The notes under the pieces: generated by a model
The model's database searches: none
Seen by the model: only the letters and a program-made list of their open reading frames with translations
Told to the model about the DNA's origin: nothing
DNA from: Eledone cirrhosa
Lineage: Eukaryota
Length of the DNA stretch: 64,000 bases
NCBI GenBank assembly: GCA_964016885.1
Contig: OZ024763.1
Location: forward strand, 930,001-994,000
Reading direction: 5' to 3'
Shown here: positions 48,301-61,427 of the stretch, in pieces
Layout: every line of letters starts with the position of its first letter
Numbering within the stretch: the first letter of the stretch is position 1
Program-made: the position numbers and the translations under genes

Positions 48301-50152
48301 TCCGACCTTCTTCCAATACTGCCAATCCACCACCCTTGTGATAATTGTTTCTACTTTAGGCACAAGGCCAGCAATTACCCCAGTGCATTACTGGTACTAT
48401 ATTTTATCGACCCCGTAAGGATTAAAGGCAAAGTCAACCTCGGCGGGATTTGAACCGCCCTTGTGATAATGATAAGATTTAATTGTTTCTACTTTAGGCA
48501 CAAGGCCAGCAATTATCTCAGTGCATTACTGGTACTTTATTTTATCGACCCGGTAAGGATGAAAGGCAAAGTTAACCTCGGCAGGATTTGAACTCAGAAC
48601 ATAAAGGGCCATAACTCTGTGCTGCAATGCATGGTGTCTGACGCTCTACCGATTCTGTGAAAATGATTTATAGTATAGGCACAAGGCCTGTAAATTTGGG
48701 GTGGGGAAAGTCGATTAAATTGACTCCAGTGCATTACTGGTACTTTATTTTATCGACCCTCGGAAGGATGAAAAGCAAAGTTAACTTCGACGGGATTTGA
48801 ACTCAGATCATAAAGGGACGTAACTCTATAGGAGCAAAAAAAAAAAAAACTTACTTGATATAGGAGGTCTTGGTGGTGGAGGCATTGGAGGAACTTGCTG
48901 TGAGTTTTGTTGATCAGATGGAGGAGGTGGTGGTCTTGCAAGTGGTGGTGGTGGAGGGTATGATGGAGGTTGACCTGGAAGAAAGAAACAGACATCCAAC
49001 ATGAACACAGATGGGTTTAAATGAGTATTGACAGGTCTATAAATATGTATATGAAGTGAAGGGATTTCACATTGCTTTTCATGATAGGACTGGGGCCTCC
49101 TATCATTAAATCACTTGAGAAACCTCTTGAAAGATGTAACCTAATAGCAGGCCAGCTAGGCCTGAGCAGTGACAGTTTTAGATTCATATGGACAGGTCTA
49201 TAAATATGTATATGTAGTGAAGGGATTTCACATTGCTTTTCATGATAGGACTGGGGCCTCCTATCATTAAATCACTTGAGAAACCTCTTGAAAGATGTAA
49301 CCTAATAGCAGGCCAGCTAGGCCTGAGCAGTGACGGTTTTAGATTCATATGGACAGGTCTATAAATATGTATATGAAGTGAAGGGATTTCACATTGCTGT
49401 TCATGATAGGACTGGGGCCTCCTATCATTAAATCACTTGAGAAACCTCTTGAAAGATGTAACCTAATAGCAGGCCAGCTAGGCCTGAGCAGTGACAGTTT
49501 TAGATTCATATGGACAGGTCTATAAATATGTATATGTAGTGAAGGGATTTCACATTGCTTTTCATGATAGGACTGGGGCCTCCTATCATTAAATCACTTC
49601 AGAAACCTCTTGAAAGATGTAACCTAATAGCAGGCCAGCTAGGCCTGAGCAGTGACAGTTTTAGATTCATATGGACAGGTCTATAAATATGTATATGTAG
49701 TGAAGGGATTTCACATTGCTTTTCATGATAGGACTGGGGCCTCCTATCATTAAATCACTTGAGAAACCTCTTGAAAGATGTAACCTAATAGCAGGCCAGC
49801 TAAGCCTGAGCAGTGACAGTTTTAGATTCATATGGACAGGTCTATAAATATGTATAGGTAGTGAAGGGATTTCACATTGCTTTTCATGATAGGACTGGGG
49901 CCTCCTATCATTAAATCACTTGAGAAACCTCTTGAAAGATGTAACCTAATAGCAGGCCAGCTAGGTCTGAATAGTGACAGTCTTAGATTCATATGGACAG
50001 TTCTATAAATATGTATACTGTTGTGGAGGGGGTATGTGGACGCTGGGTTTTTCCTCCAAAATTATATTGTCCACAGCCAACTTCAGTTGCCAGTCTGTTA
50101 TCCATTGCTGCATTATGTCCAGGTCTGATTGCAGGAAAGTGTACAAGATCTG

Positions 50153-50183
<31 letters not shown>

Positions 50184-53109
50184 GAGAGTATATATCATCA
50201 TCACCGTTTTACATCCGTTCTTCCACGCTAGCATGGGTTAGATGGGTAGTCCTGTTGTGGGCAGAGTCCGGTCGGCTGACCTTGTCTTGCTCATACTGAA
50301 CTGACTCTGGCTTGATTTCTACAGCTGGATACCCTTCCTAACAACCTCATTAACAGTGAGTGCTGGGTGCTTTTTTTCCCATGGCGCCTACACATCCACT
50401 TTACAGTGTGGGCTGGGTGCTTTTTTTGCCGTGGCACCTCCACGACCACTTTGCAGTGGAATGATAGGGACCCCAGTCCTATCATCTCATTTCTACAGCT
50501 GAGTAAACTGAAGCAACATGAAATAAAGTGTCTTGCTCAAGGAAACAACACATCACCCGGTCCAAGAATTGAACTTAAAACCTTTCGATTGCAAGCCCAA
50601 TGCTCTAACCACTAAGCCCTGCGCCTTCACTTATATATGTGTGAGAGTATATATGTGTGTATGGATATATGTATGTGTGTATTAAATATATATATGTGTG
50701 TATTAAATATATATATGTGCTGTATATATATATATTTAATCAGTTGAAGCAAAACAGAGTTGTACATACCTGGAGGTGGTGCTCCACCTGGTGGTGGAAA
50801 TGAAGGCATTCCAGGAGGCATGGGAGGTGGTGGCATGCTTCCCCCAACAGGTGGCGGTACAGGTAACGAAGAAGGTGGTGGTACAGGAGGGGGAGGCCCT
50901 GTTGTCGTGGAGACCATCGTTCCATTGGGGATTCCTGAAAAGTAAACAGAACCAGAAATGAAACCTTTTTGTTATTAACCCGATATTTGGAACGCAACTT
51001 AACAAAGGATCGTACATAACATTATGACAGAAGGTCTTTAGACTTTAGATGAATATATAGTCTAGAGTTTGAGTGACATATCCCAGGTATCATTCCCTTC
51101 CCATGTGGGAGTGGAACTCATCAAATCGGACCAAGGAAACAACGTTTCCATTGGTCTTTCCATTCCTAATAATGTTTCTACGTTAGGCACAAGGCCAGCA
51201 ATTACCCAGTACATTACTGGTACTTTATTTTATCGACCCCCATAAGGATAAAAAGCAGATTTAACCTCGGCGGGATTTGAACTCAGACTGTAAAGGGACG
51301 TAACTATGCTAGAAAACATGGCGTCCAACCCTCTACCGATACTGCCAATTCACCGCCCTCTTTCCATTCCTAATATTATCTACCAATTACAACTCCTGAC
51401 AGCTGAAAACAAGAAGTTTTGTATTATAGACCCAGGAGTAGTTTCAGGCAGTTTGTTTTCTAAAAGGGCCAAGCTTTCTTTTGGTAAATAAATTTCTTCT
51501 TCTTCGTCCACTTATTCCTGAGAGGGTTGTAAGGGCAGAGTCCTCAAACACTCCCTCCATCAGGTCCTGTCAGAAGCAACCATCTCCAACCGATTCAGCT
51601 AGACCCCCAAGCGTGACCAGCCAAGCTCATGGATGTTATCCAACCATCTTGCTCGGACGGAGTCTACCCGTGGGTCTCCTACCAGTTAGTTTTGCCCATA
51701 AAATCTGTCAGAGATTCTTTCCTGAGACATTCTAACCACAGTCCATAGTATTGGAGCTGTGATCTCTCAATTCAGAGAAGTAGCAGCTCTACCTGGAGTG
51801 ACTCTCTGATCTCTGAGCTACAAATCTGTCCAGTGATTCTTTCCTGAGACATTCTAACCACATGTCCATAATATCAGATCTGTGATCTCTCAATTCAGAG
51901 AAGAAGCAGCTCTACCTGGAGTAACTCTCTGATCTCTGAGCTACAAATCTGTCAGAGATTCTTTCCTGAGACATTCTAACCACATGTCCATAGTATCAGA
52001 TCTGTGATCTCTCAATTCAGAGAAGAAGCAGCTCAACCTGGAGCGACATTCTGATCTCCGAGCTACAAATCTGTCCAGTGATTCTTTCCTGAGACATTCT
52101 AACCACATGCCCATAGTATCAGAGCTGTGATCTCTCAACTGGGAGTAGCAGCTCTACCTGGAGTAACTCTCTGATCTACAAATCTGTCCAGTGATTCTTT
52201 CCTGAGACATTCTAACCACATGCCCATAGTATCAGAGCTGTGATCTCTCAACTGGGAGTAGCAGCTCTACCTGGAGTAACTCTCTGATCTCTGAGCTACA
52301 AATCTGTCCAGTGATTCTTTCCTGAGACATTCTAACCACATGTCGGTAGTATTGTGCAATATGGTTAGGTTAAAGCCATCCAAATTCTTGATTATTTTCA
52401 AAATGGCTTGAAAATTCTAAACAAGTCTTTCATTAGAAATATGCTAACGAAAAGGTGACAGCCAAGCTCATGGAAGTTATCCAACCATCTTTCAAATTTA
52501 TTTACCTGCTGGTTGGTTTTGCCCGTAAAATCTGTCAAGAATCGCTGGACATATATATGGACAAAACCAACCGTCAAGTAAATAAATTTGAAAGAAACAA
52601 AAATCCAAATCCAAATAAAACGATGATGGTGGAATAATTCCAGGTGTTAAGAAGAGGCTGAAAATACTTACCTATGTTGATATTGTTTGCTAGAGACATC
52701 ATGGGGGTTTGACAAACAGGTGGTGGTGGAGGAGGTGGAGCAAATGATGATGGAGGGACTGGAGCGGGTGGTTGTTGAGGTGGTGGTGGGGCATCTGCAA
52801 ACAGCTGATGGGGTCTGTCGGTAAGAGAGAGAGGATTCTGGGCAGCCAGGAGACGCTCTGAAATAGAGAGAAAGGAGTAAATGTTGAGAGAGTGAGAGAG
52901 AGATGACAGTAAATAAGACAGAGTGATGAGTGTAGATAAGAGGGAGAGAGAGAGATGAGCGAGATGGAGAGAGATGAGCGAGATAGAGAGAAAGAGTATA
53001 TGAAAGAGAGTGAGTAAGAAAACGTAAAAAGAGAGATTATAACAATATTTTACAAGATTAAAATCATGCAATCTACCCATCACACTATATATATATATAC
53101 ATTTATTTA

Positions 53110-53144
<35 letters not shown>

Positions 53145-53282
53145 TTAATTATATATATATATATACATTTATTTATATATATATATATATATATATCATC
53201 ATCAACATCTTCAGTTAACGTCCATTTTCCACGCCGTGGGTTATACATATATATATACATTGATATATATATATATATACAT

Positions 53283-53322
<40 letters not shown>

Positions 53323-56300
53323 GTTTGGAGTGAGAAGGCCAAAACAATGCAGGTATGGATATAGAATATAAATACAAATTTTACCCGCCCTAGATAGATA
53401 TATATATATATAGATAAACCTGCTCACACATGTGCAGCTAAATCTGCATGTGTGAGCTGTAACAACACTATCATGGTATAAATGGGGGCCCCTATTATTA
53501 AAACACCCAAGAAACCTCCCATGAAATACAACATTGTAGGAGGCCAGCTAAACCTACATAAACAGGTGTGAGCTGTAACAACAATATGATAGGACTGGGG
53601 CCTTCAAACATTGTAGAAGCCCAGCTAAACCTACATAGCTGGGTGTGCGTTGTAATATAGGACTGGGGCCTTCAAACATTGTAGAAGCCCAGCTAAACCT
53701 ACATAGCTGGGTGTGCGTTGTAATATAGGACTGGGGGCCTTCAAACATTGTAGAAGCCCAGCTAAACCTACATAGCTGGGTGTGAGCTGTAATATAGGAC
53801 TGGGGGCCTTCAAACATTGTAGAAGCCCAGCTAAACCTACATAGCTGGGTGTGAGTTGTAATATAGGACTGGAGGCCCCAAACATTGTAGGAGGCCAATT
53901 AAACCTACATAGCTGGGTGTGAGCTGTAATATTGGATTGGAGGCCACAAACATTGTAGGAGGCCAGCTAAACCTACATAGCTGGGTGTGAGCTGTAAATA
54001 TCATTCCATTTTATATCATTTCAAGTCTCTCCACAGATGGAAATCTCTCTCTTACCTGCAGCGGAACCATGTTTTTCTCCCTTGATGTCTTTTTTAAAAG
54101 CGTATGAAATGGTAATTGGTCGATTACATAAATATTGGCCATTCATAGCCTCAATAGCAGCGTCGGATGCCTCAAAACTTGCAAAGTTTATGAAAGCATA
54201 ACCCTTGGAATTGCCTGTGTCCAAATCACGCATAATCTAGTTCAGGAGAAAAAGTACAGAAACATAAATAGTATTACCTCTTAACATCATGTAATGATTG
54301 AGAAGAAAATGTCTAAAAACTAGTTTCTTAATGTAAATGTTTATAGTATCTTTACTGGGGGACAGATTGTTGTGGAAATATGTAGAATTAAACTAATGTT
54401 AAAAATTGAAACAGAAAAACTGTATTTTATAAGAAAATGTGTTTTAAGCTGGAATGACATGAAAATAGAGATTTTTTTTAACTGACCATAATTCCTTCAC
54501 CTCTTTCTGTTCAAACTGGCCAGAATTCTCTCACCTCTTTCTTTTCAAACCAGCCATAACTGACCACTCATACTGATGTTAAGGTACAGTTCTCAAAATA
54601 AATAATATCAAAATCTCATAGATTTGATATTATGTGAGATAAAGACTTTACCATGAAATTACAATAGTAAATATAGAGTAATGTAAATGTTATGTGAGAT
54701 ATTATGTGAGGTAAAGCCTTTACTGTGAAAATACAATAGTATATATAGAATAATGTAAATGTTGTGAGATATTATGTGAAGTAAAGCTTTTACTGTGAAA
54801 ATACAATAGTATATATAGAGTAATGTAAATGTTATATGAGATATTATGTGAGGTAAAGCCTTTACTGTGAAAATACAATAGTATATAGAGTAATGTAAAT
54901 GTTGTGAGATATTATGTGAAGTAAAGCTTTTACTGTGAAAATACAATAGTATATATAGAGTAATGTAAATGTTATGTGAGATATTATGTAAAGTAAAGCA
55001 TTTACTGTGAAAATACAATAGTATATATAGAGTAATGTAAATGTTGTGAGATATTATGTGAAGTAAAGCTTTTACTGTGAAAATACAATAGTATATATAG
55101 AGTAATGTAAATGTTGTGAGATATTATGTGAAGTAAAGCTTTTACTGTGAAAATACAATAGTATATATAGAGTAATGTAAATGTTGTGAGATATTATGTG
55201 AAGTAAAGCTTTTACTGTGAAAATACAATAGTATATATAGAGTAATGTAAATGTTATGTGAGATATTATGTAAAGTAAAGCATTTACTGTGAAAATACAA
55301 TAGTATATATAGAGTAATGTAAATGTTGTGAGATATTATGTGAAGTAAAGCTTTTACTGTGAAAATACAATAGTATATATAGAGTAATGTAAATGTTGTG
55401 AGATATTATGTGAAGTAAAGCTTTTACTGTGAAAATACAATAGTATATATAGAGTAATGTAAATGTTGTGAGATATTATGTGAAGTAAAGCTTTTACTGT
55501 GAAAATACAATAGTATATATAGAGTAATGTAAATGTTGTGAGATATTATGTGAAGTAAAGCTTTTACTGTGAAAATACAATAGTATATATAGAGTAATGT
55601 AAATGTTATGTGAGATATTATGTAAGGTAAAGCCTTTACTGTGAAAATACAATAGTATATATAGAGTAATGTAAATGTTGTGAGATATTATGTGAAGTAA
55701 AGCTTTTACTGTGAAAATACAATAGTATATATAGAGTAATGTAAATGTTATGAGATATTATGTAAGGTAAAGCATTTACTGTGAAAATACAATAGTATAT
55801 ATAGAGTAATGTAAGTGCTAAAGGGTTAAACAGGTTGACTGGTTACTAACCTTTGGTGTTTGTAAGATGACACCGAAAGCACTGAATGTGTCGTACAGCA
55901 ACTTCTCATCAACCTCTGGATCTAGGTTGCCAATAAAGATGTTGGCACCAACATCTAGGTTCTTCTGGTGGGCTGATGCCTGTAAATAAACAATAGACAA
56001 TCATCATCATCATAATCATATATAATATACATATATACATATATATATATATATACATATATATAAATACATACATACATATACACATATATACATACAT
56101 ACATATATATCATCATCATCATCATCATCAGGTTTAGCGTCCGTGTTCCACGCTTGCATGGGTTTGGACGGGGGTTTTCCCACTTGAGGCAAGAGTGGTT
56201 GTCTTGCTCGCATAGGACTGTCTGGCGGGTTTTCTACAGTTGGATGCCCTTCCTAACACCAACCACATTTACAGTGTGGGGCTGGGAGGTTTTTACCGTG

Positions 56301-57195
56301 TTGCCTACACGGCCACATTACAGCGTGGACTGTCTGGCGGGTTTTCTACAGCTGGATGCCCTTCCTAACACCAACCACATTTACAGTGTGGGGCTGGGAG
56401 GTTTTTACCGTGTTGCCTACACGGCCACATTTACAGCGTGGACTGTGTGTTTTTTGTCGGGACACCTACACGATCTCATTTGTTTCGGCCTGGATGTTGT
56501 GGGACCAACATAACTTTACATTGAAAGGGGCGGTGTGGGTGGGGTGGAGGTGGTGGGACGGGGGTGTGTTTTGATAGAGGTGCCTACTGACTGTAGTAGG
56601 TTTTTACTTTGTATTTAGGTAAGGCGGGTCTTCTCTATTACTGAGTACCGCCAAAGGTCTCGGTCCAGTGACATTGTCTTGGAGAGGTGTAAGCGTGTGA
56701 GGTCGGAATTTATCAGCTCGTCCCATGTTTTTCTGGGTCTGCCTACTCCGTGGCTACCGTCTATCTTTATATATATATATATATATATATACATACATAC
56801 ATATATACATGGTGGCTGCCAACTCGTTTTCGAGTACGGCCACTACTTTATATCCATGTAGGAGAACCCCTACCGATGCGCTGAACGAGTGGCTTTTTAG
56901 TCCAGCCAGCGACTTGAAAACTCTGGTACAAACACTACACTTGTGACAATTATTGACACATAGTGCTGGGCCCATGGTACCATGTGAGGACAAGTGCAGA
57001 GAGATCTCCAGATATAAAGCAATGCCTGTGCCGTGAAGCTTTTATAGTGAGCAAAGGCACTGCACAAAGCCAGTCCCACTCTCTTAACCAAGATGATATT
57101 TACCAAAAAGAAGAACAAGTCAACATCATTGGATACCATCAAGGTTGCAGGTGTTATATCAGAGTTTTCCTTCTCCTAGAATTCTGCCTTGACAA

Positions 57196-57245
<50 letters not shown>

Positions 57246-57633
57246 GCATACATATATATACAAAATGATGATGTGTGTGTACATATATATGTACACACAC
57301 ATCATCATTTTATGTCCGCTTTTCCCTGCTTGCAAGGGTGGGAAGGGTCCTATTCAGCATAGCATCTCTCCACTTGTCACGGTCCTTCGTCATCTTCTCT
57401 GTAAGCTTCAGCGATCTGAGGTCAGCTCTCACCACCTCTGCCCATGTGTTTCATGGTCTTCCTCTTCTGCGTCTTCCTTTTATTCCAGTGCTTTTATTTA
57501 AATGTGTATATACACATACATACACATATATATATATATATACACACACATTTATTATTCATGGTCTTCCTCTTCTGCATCTTCCTTTTATTCCAGTGCT
57601 TTTATTTAAATGTGTATATATACATACATACAC

Positions 57634-57666
<33 letters not shown>

Positions 57667-57728
57667 TTTATTATTCATGGTCTTCCTCTTCTGCATCTTC
57701 CTTTTATTCCAGTGCTTTTATATAAATG

Positions 57729-57776
<48 letters not shown>

Positions 57777-60700
57777 GTAAAGTTATGTTGTACCACAACA
57801 TCCAGTCCGAAACAAATGAGGTCGTGTAGGTGTCACGATAAAAAAACACACAGTCCACGCTGTAATGTGGCCGTGTAGGTAACACGGTAAAAACCTCCCA
57901 GTCCACATTGTAAACGTGGTTGGTGTTAGGAAGGGCATCCAGCAGTAGAAAACCCGCCAGAGTCCTATGCGAGCAAGACAACCACTCTTGCCTCAAGTGG
58001 GAAAACTCCCGTCCAAACTCATGCAAGCGTGGAAGATGGACGTTAAACGATGATGATGATATATACACACATTTATTATTAGTACAGATTAAAGTTTAAG
58101 CAAAGAATTTACAAATGTAAAATGAACTTAACAGTTTTTGTTGTGTGTTGTGTGAGAGAGTGTTTGTGGTGTGTTGTGTGAGAGTGTGTGTTGTGTGAGT
58201 GTTTGTGTTGTGTGTGTGTGTTGTGTTGTATTTTTAAACATAAATTATGTTAATGAACATTAAGTTAAACAGTTGAGGTTGAAGAAAGAGGCAAGACAAA
58301 CAATATCTACCTTGTTCACACGAATGGGTTTGCCATACAGCTTGATCATGTTCATTATTTTTATTGCATAGTCAGCATCTTCTTCTCCCATGAACTCTAC
58401 AAACCCGTACCCTTGGTGGCTCTGGGTGACTCGATCCTTCGGCATATGTACATTAACTACAAGAAGTAAAATATACATTGGACGAGAACAGTAAACAATC
58501 AATCATAATATAATATAATAAAGTAAGGAGTGCAGGACTGTGTCCTGACTATATATTTTTTTATCCCGTTAGTAAAATAAGTTGGATTACTTTGAATAAA
58601 TAATTGTTTCTACTTTAGGCACAAGGCCAGCAATTACCCAGTACATTACTGGTACTTTATTTTATCGACCCCGTAAGGATGAAAGGCAAATTCAACCTCG
58701 GCGGGATTTGAACTCAGATCGTAAAGGGACGTAACTATGCTGGCAAGCATGGCGTCCGAACCTCTAATGAATGAATATTACATAATTTATCTACTAAATT
58801 TCATAGCTGTTGATTAAACATAAATATTTGTTTCTACTTTAGGCACAAGGCCAGCAAATTACCCAGTTCATTACTGGTACTTTATTTTATCGACCCCGTA
58901 AGGATGAAAAGCAAAGTCAACCTCGGCGGGATTTGAACTCAGATCGTAAAGGGACGTAACTATGCTGGAAAGCATGGCGTCCGACCCTCTACTGATACTG
59001 CCAATCCAAATATTCTTATATATAATGGTTGCTTATTTTAAGATTCACTTCTTTTAAAATTTTGAAATGTCAATACTTCCGGTTATGACATAATGGACGC
59101 TGTATCATATTGCTTATGTGAACGTTTATATATATGCATTGTTATATCATAACGGTTATATTACGTATAATATCAATATGCACACTACACATACTAGCAG
59201 GTGAAGAATGAGATGGTCAGCATGAGCAGGCATGCTTCAGAGCTCTGCCGCCCCCACAGCCCCCTCCCAGGAATAAGCGGACAAAGAGGAAGAAGATATT
59301 GATGTGTTAACTTACCAACAGGTCCTGCCTGTAGGAATAACTCCCACAAAATTGCTTCTGTAACTTTTTCATCAAGACTGCCAACATAAACTGTAGCATC
59401 TAAAATGATAAAAAAAATTTTTTTTTTATTATTTACCTCTTTGTGCACAAGACCACCATTGTTTCTTGAAGCTAAAAACCAAAACTGGAATAAAATTATA
59501 TCCTCATGTATAATACCACCTCTGCTTCTGAAGCTTAAAAACATAAAAACAGGAATAAATTTCATCCTTGTATATTATCATATTTTTTGTGTGAAAAATA
59601 CGACCCTCGTTTCTCACAATCTCAAGGCTGTGAGTTCAAGTCATGGACTAAGTGGCGTGTTGTTTTCTTGAGCAAGACTCTTCATTTCATGTTGCTTTTC
59701 ATGATAAGACTGGGGCTCCAGCCATTAAAAAGAAATACACCTACGAAACCTCCCATGAGATGTACCCTCACAGGTTTAGCTGGCCTCATAGATTCGATAT
59801 TATGTGAGATAAATATGTGAGGTAAAGCCTTTACTGTGAAAATACAATAGTATATATCAAGTAATGTAAATGTTATGTGAGATATTATGTGAGGTAAAGC
59901 CTTTACTGTGAAAATACAATAGTATATATAGAGTAATGTAAATGTTATATGAGATATTATGTGAGGTAAAGCCTTTACCATGAAAATACAATAGTAAATA
60001 TAGAGTAATGTAAATGCTAAAGGGTTAATGATAGCAGCCCTAGTTCTATCATGTTGTTATAACTCACACATAAGTAGGTTTAGCTGGACCCCTACAAGGA
60101 TGTATCTTATAGGAGGTTTCTTTGGCGTTTTAAATATAGTTTTATCCTAAAAAGCAACATAAAATTAAGTGTATTGCTCAAAACCAGAATATGTTGCCCA
60201 GTCCATGAACTGAACCCACAATCTTATAATTGTGAGTCCAGCACCTTAACCATTAGGCCACAGAGTTACTGTTGAGAGAGAGGGAGAGAGAGAGGCAGAT
60301 AAGGAAAGATAGTGAGACAGGGATAGGGAGGGTGCAAGAGAGAATCAGAGAGAGAGAGAGACATGTTAATAGATATTATTTCAACAAGTAAAAGAGTTTT
60401 AGGTCTTTATTTATCGACCATTGAAAGAACGAAGACAACAATGACTATACACACGTATATATATATACATATATATCTCATGATGATGATCATTTTACGT
60501 CCGCTTTTCCCTGCTTGTAAGGGTTGGACATTATTTATATATATACATATATATATATATATAATGTATATATACATTATATATACACATGTATAGCATG
60601 ACTCATACACTGTTCACTTCCCTGACATTTGTGTATTATACATGCACCTTTGTGTACTTTGTGACTCATACACTGTTCACTTCCCTGACTTTGTGTATTA

Positions 60701-61427
60701 TACATGCACATTTGTGTACTATACATGCACATTTGACGAGTTATAGTGCACCTGAACACTGTACACAATAATTTCATTATTATTATATAATATTGCTTCT
60801 CTGAGATGTTTCAGTATTAGAGACTAATTAACCTTTAATTAATATATCTATCTATCTCTATATATAAGCATGTTTGTATGTGTATGAAGTGTAGTCCAAG
60901 CGGCTAGCCAGTCGATCCAAATTCAGTTCCACAATTTTGTATATATATATATATATATATATAAACACACTCACATATATATATATATATGTATGTACAC
61001 ACATATATATATATACACACACACAAGCCGACAAGACAAGGGACCCTAACAAGGATTAACACTAATAACACATAATAACGCAATTGAACCGGTTAATCGG
61101 ATATGTTTTTATTTTCAAGATCTATTATCAATGATACCAATATATATATATAAGAACCGAGTGTCTCACACGTGTATTTAGAAAGAAGATGTGTGATATA
61201 TTTAGTTTACAAAAATAAACGTTGCATGGTTTACAAGCATGCCGGCATTATGTTGTAAGCCATAAAACAGATGATATACTATATTCTAAAGCTCATGTAG
61301 GGGACAGACAATTAAAACATACTGCTACAGACGTGTCGATAATAAAAACGATTGCTGTAACCATAAATATTAGGGAATAACAATAATACAAACCTTGATT
61401 TCGTTCCGCGATTGGTCCTGCCGCCAT
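45231..61427 (-). CDS. SF3B4: Splicing factor 3B subunit 4 (SAP49; two RRMs + proline-rich tail), complete, 453 aa
   Basis: 10 GT-AG exons, 1362 nt in frame: 61394-61427, 59316-59399, 58311-58456, 55851-55979, 54056-54236, 52672-52857, 50770-50934, 48855-48974, 47859-48017, 45231-45388. Peptides include [123 protein letters not shown] and [10 protein letters not shown]. Confidence 0.97.
45511..47721 (-). mobile_element. TTAA element family A with ~33 internal units, in SF3B4 intron 9
   Basis: TTAA|CCCTTCAGCATTTA ... TAATGCTAAAGGG|TTAA; ~22 consecutive 60-bp units, then mixed 72/60-bp units. Confidence 0.9.
47859..48017 (-). CDS. SF3B4: SF3B4 exon 9 (Pro-rich)
   Basis: cag|...|gtacg, 159 nt. 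Confidence 0.85.
48855..48974 (-). CDS. SF3B4: SF3B4 exon 8 (Pro-rich)
   Basis: cag|...|gtaag, 120 nt. Confidence 0.87.
49030..50010. repeat. 161-bp tandem repeat, 6 near-identical copies
   Basis: gacaggtctataaat recurs at 49030, 49191, 49352, 49513, 49674 and 49835. Confidence 0.93.
50770..50934 (-). CDS. SF3B4: SF3B4 exon 7 (Pro-rich)
   Basis: cag|...|gtatg, 165 nt. Confidence 0.87.
51497..52350 (-). mobile_element. RTE-clade LINE 3' end with the same ~120-bp segment amplified ~5x
   Basis: reverse complement of the 13095-14100 family; (GAA)n tail at 51497-51505; short relatives at 52455-52575 and 59200-59295. Confidence 0.7.
52672..52857 (-). CDS. SF3B4: SF3B4 exon 6 (RLLAAQNPL + Pro-rich)
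   Basis: cag|...|gtaag, 186 nt. Confidence 0.9.
53530..53998. repeat. ~59-60-bp minisatellite (aaacattgtagaagcccagctaaacctacatagctgggtgtg...)
   Basis: direct reading; related to the SINE-like interior at 59700-59790 and 60030-60130. Confidence 0.85.
54056..54236 (-). CDS. SF3B4: SF3B4 exon 5 (RRM2)
   Basis: tag|...|gtaag, 181 nt. Confidence 0.93.
54495..55825 (+). mobile_element. TTAA element family A with ~17 units (70/72 bp), in SF3B4 intron 4
   Basis: unique arm 54495-54630 (left end rearranged), array, GTGCTAAAGGG|TTAA right end. Confidence 0.85.
55851..55979 (-). CDS. SF3B4: SF3B4 exon 4 (RRM2 start)
   Basis: cag|...|gttag, 129 nt. Confidence 0.93.
56808..57195 (-). mobile_element. 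RTE-BovB-like LINE 3' fragment between (TA)n tracts
   Basis: C-terminal zinc-finger-like [17 protein letters not shown] followed by the 3' stem-loop actcg-aaaa-cgagt. Confidence 0.55.
58311..58456 (-). CDS. SF3B4: SF3B4 exon 3 (RRM1)
   Basis: tag|...|gtaga, 146 nt. Confidence 0.93.
59316..59399 (-). CDS. SF3B4: SF3B4 exon 2 (RRM1 start)
   Basis: tag|...|gtaag, 84 nt. Confidence 0.93.
59785..60024 (+). mobile_element. TTAA element family A, 5'-truncated, 3 units
   Basis: ctcatagattcgatattatgtgag ... TAAATGCTAAAGGG|TTAA. Confidence 0.8.
61394..61427 (-). CDS. SF3B4: SF3B4 exon 1 ([11 protein letters not shown])
   Basis: ATG at 61425-61427, donor gtttgt. Confidence 0.92.

Noticed and set aside
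2911-61427. INTS11 and SF3B4 (both RNA processing) as a functional cluster
   Set aside because: Only adjacency of housekeeping genes; no shared promoter or synteny evidence is available from the sequence.
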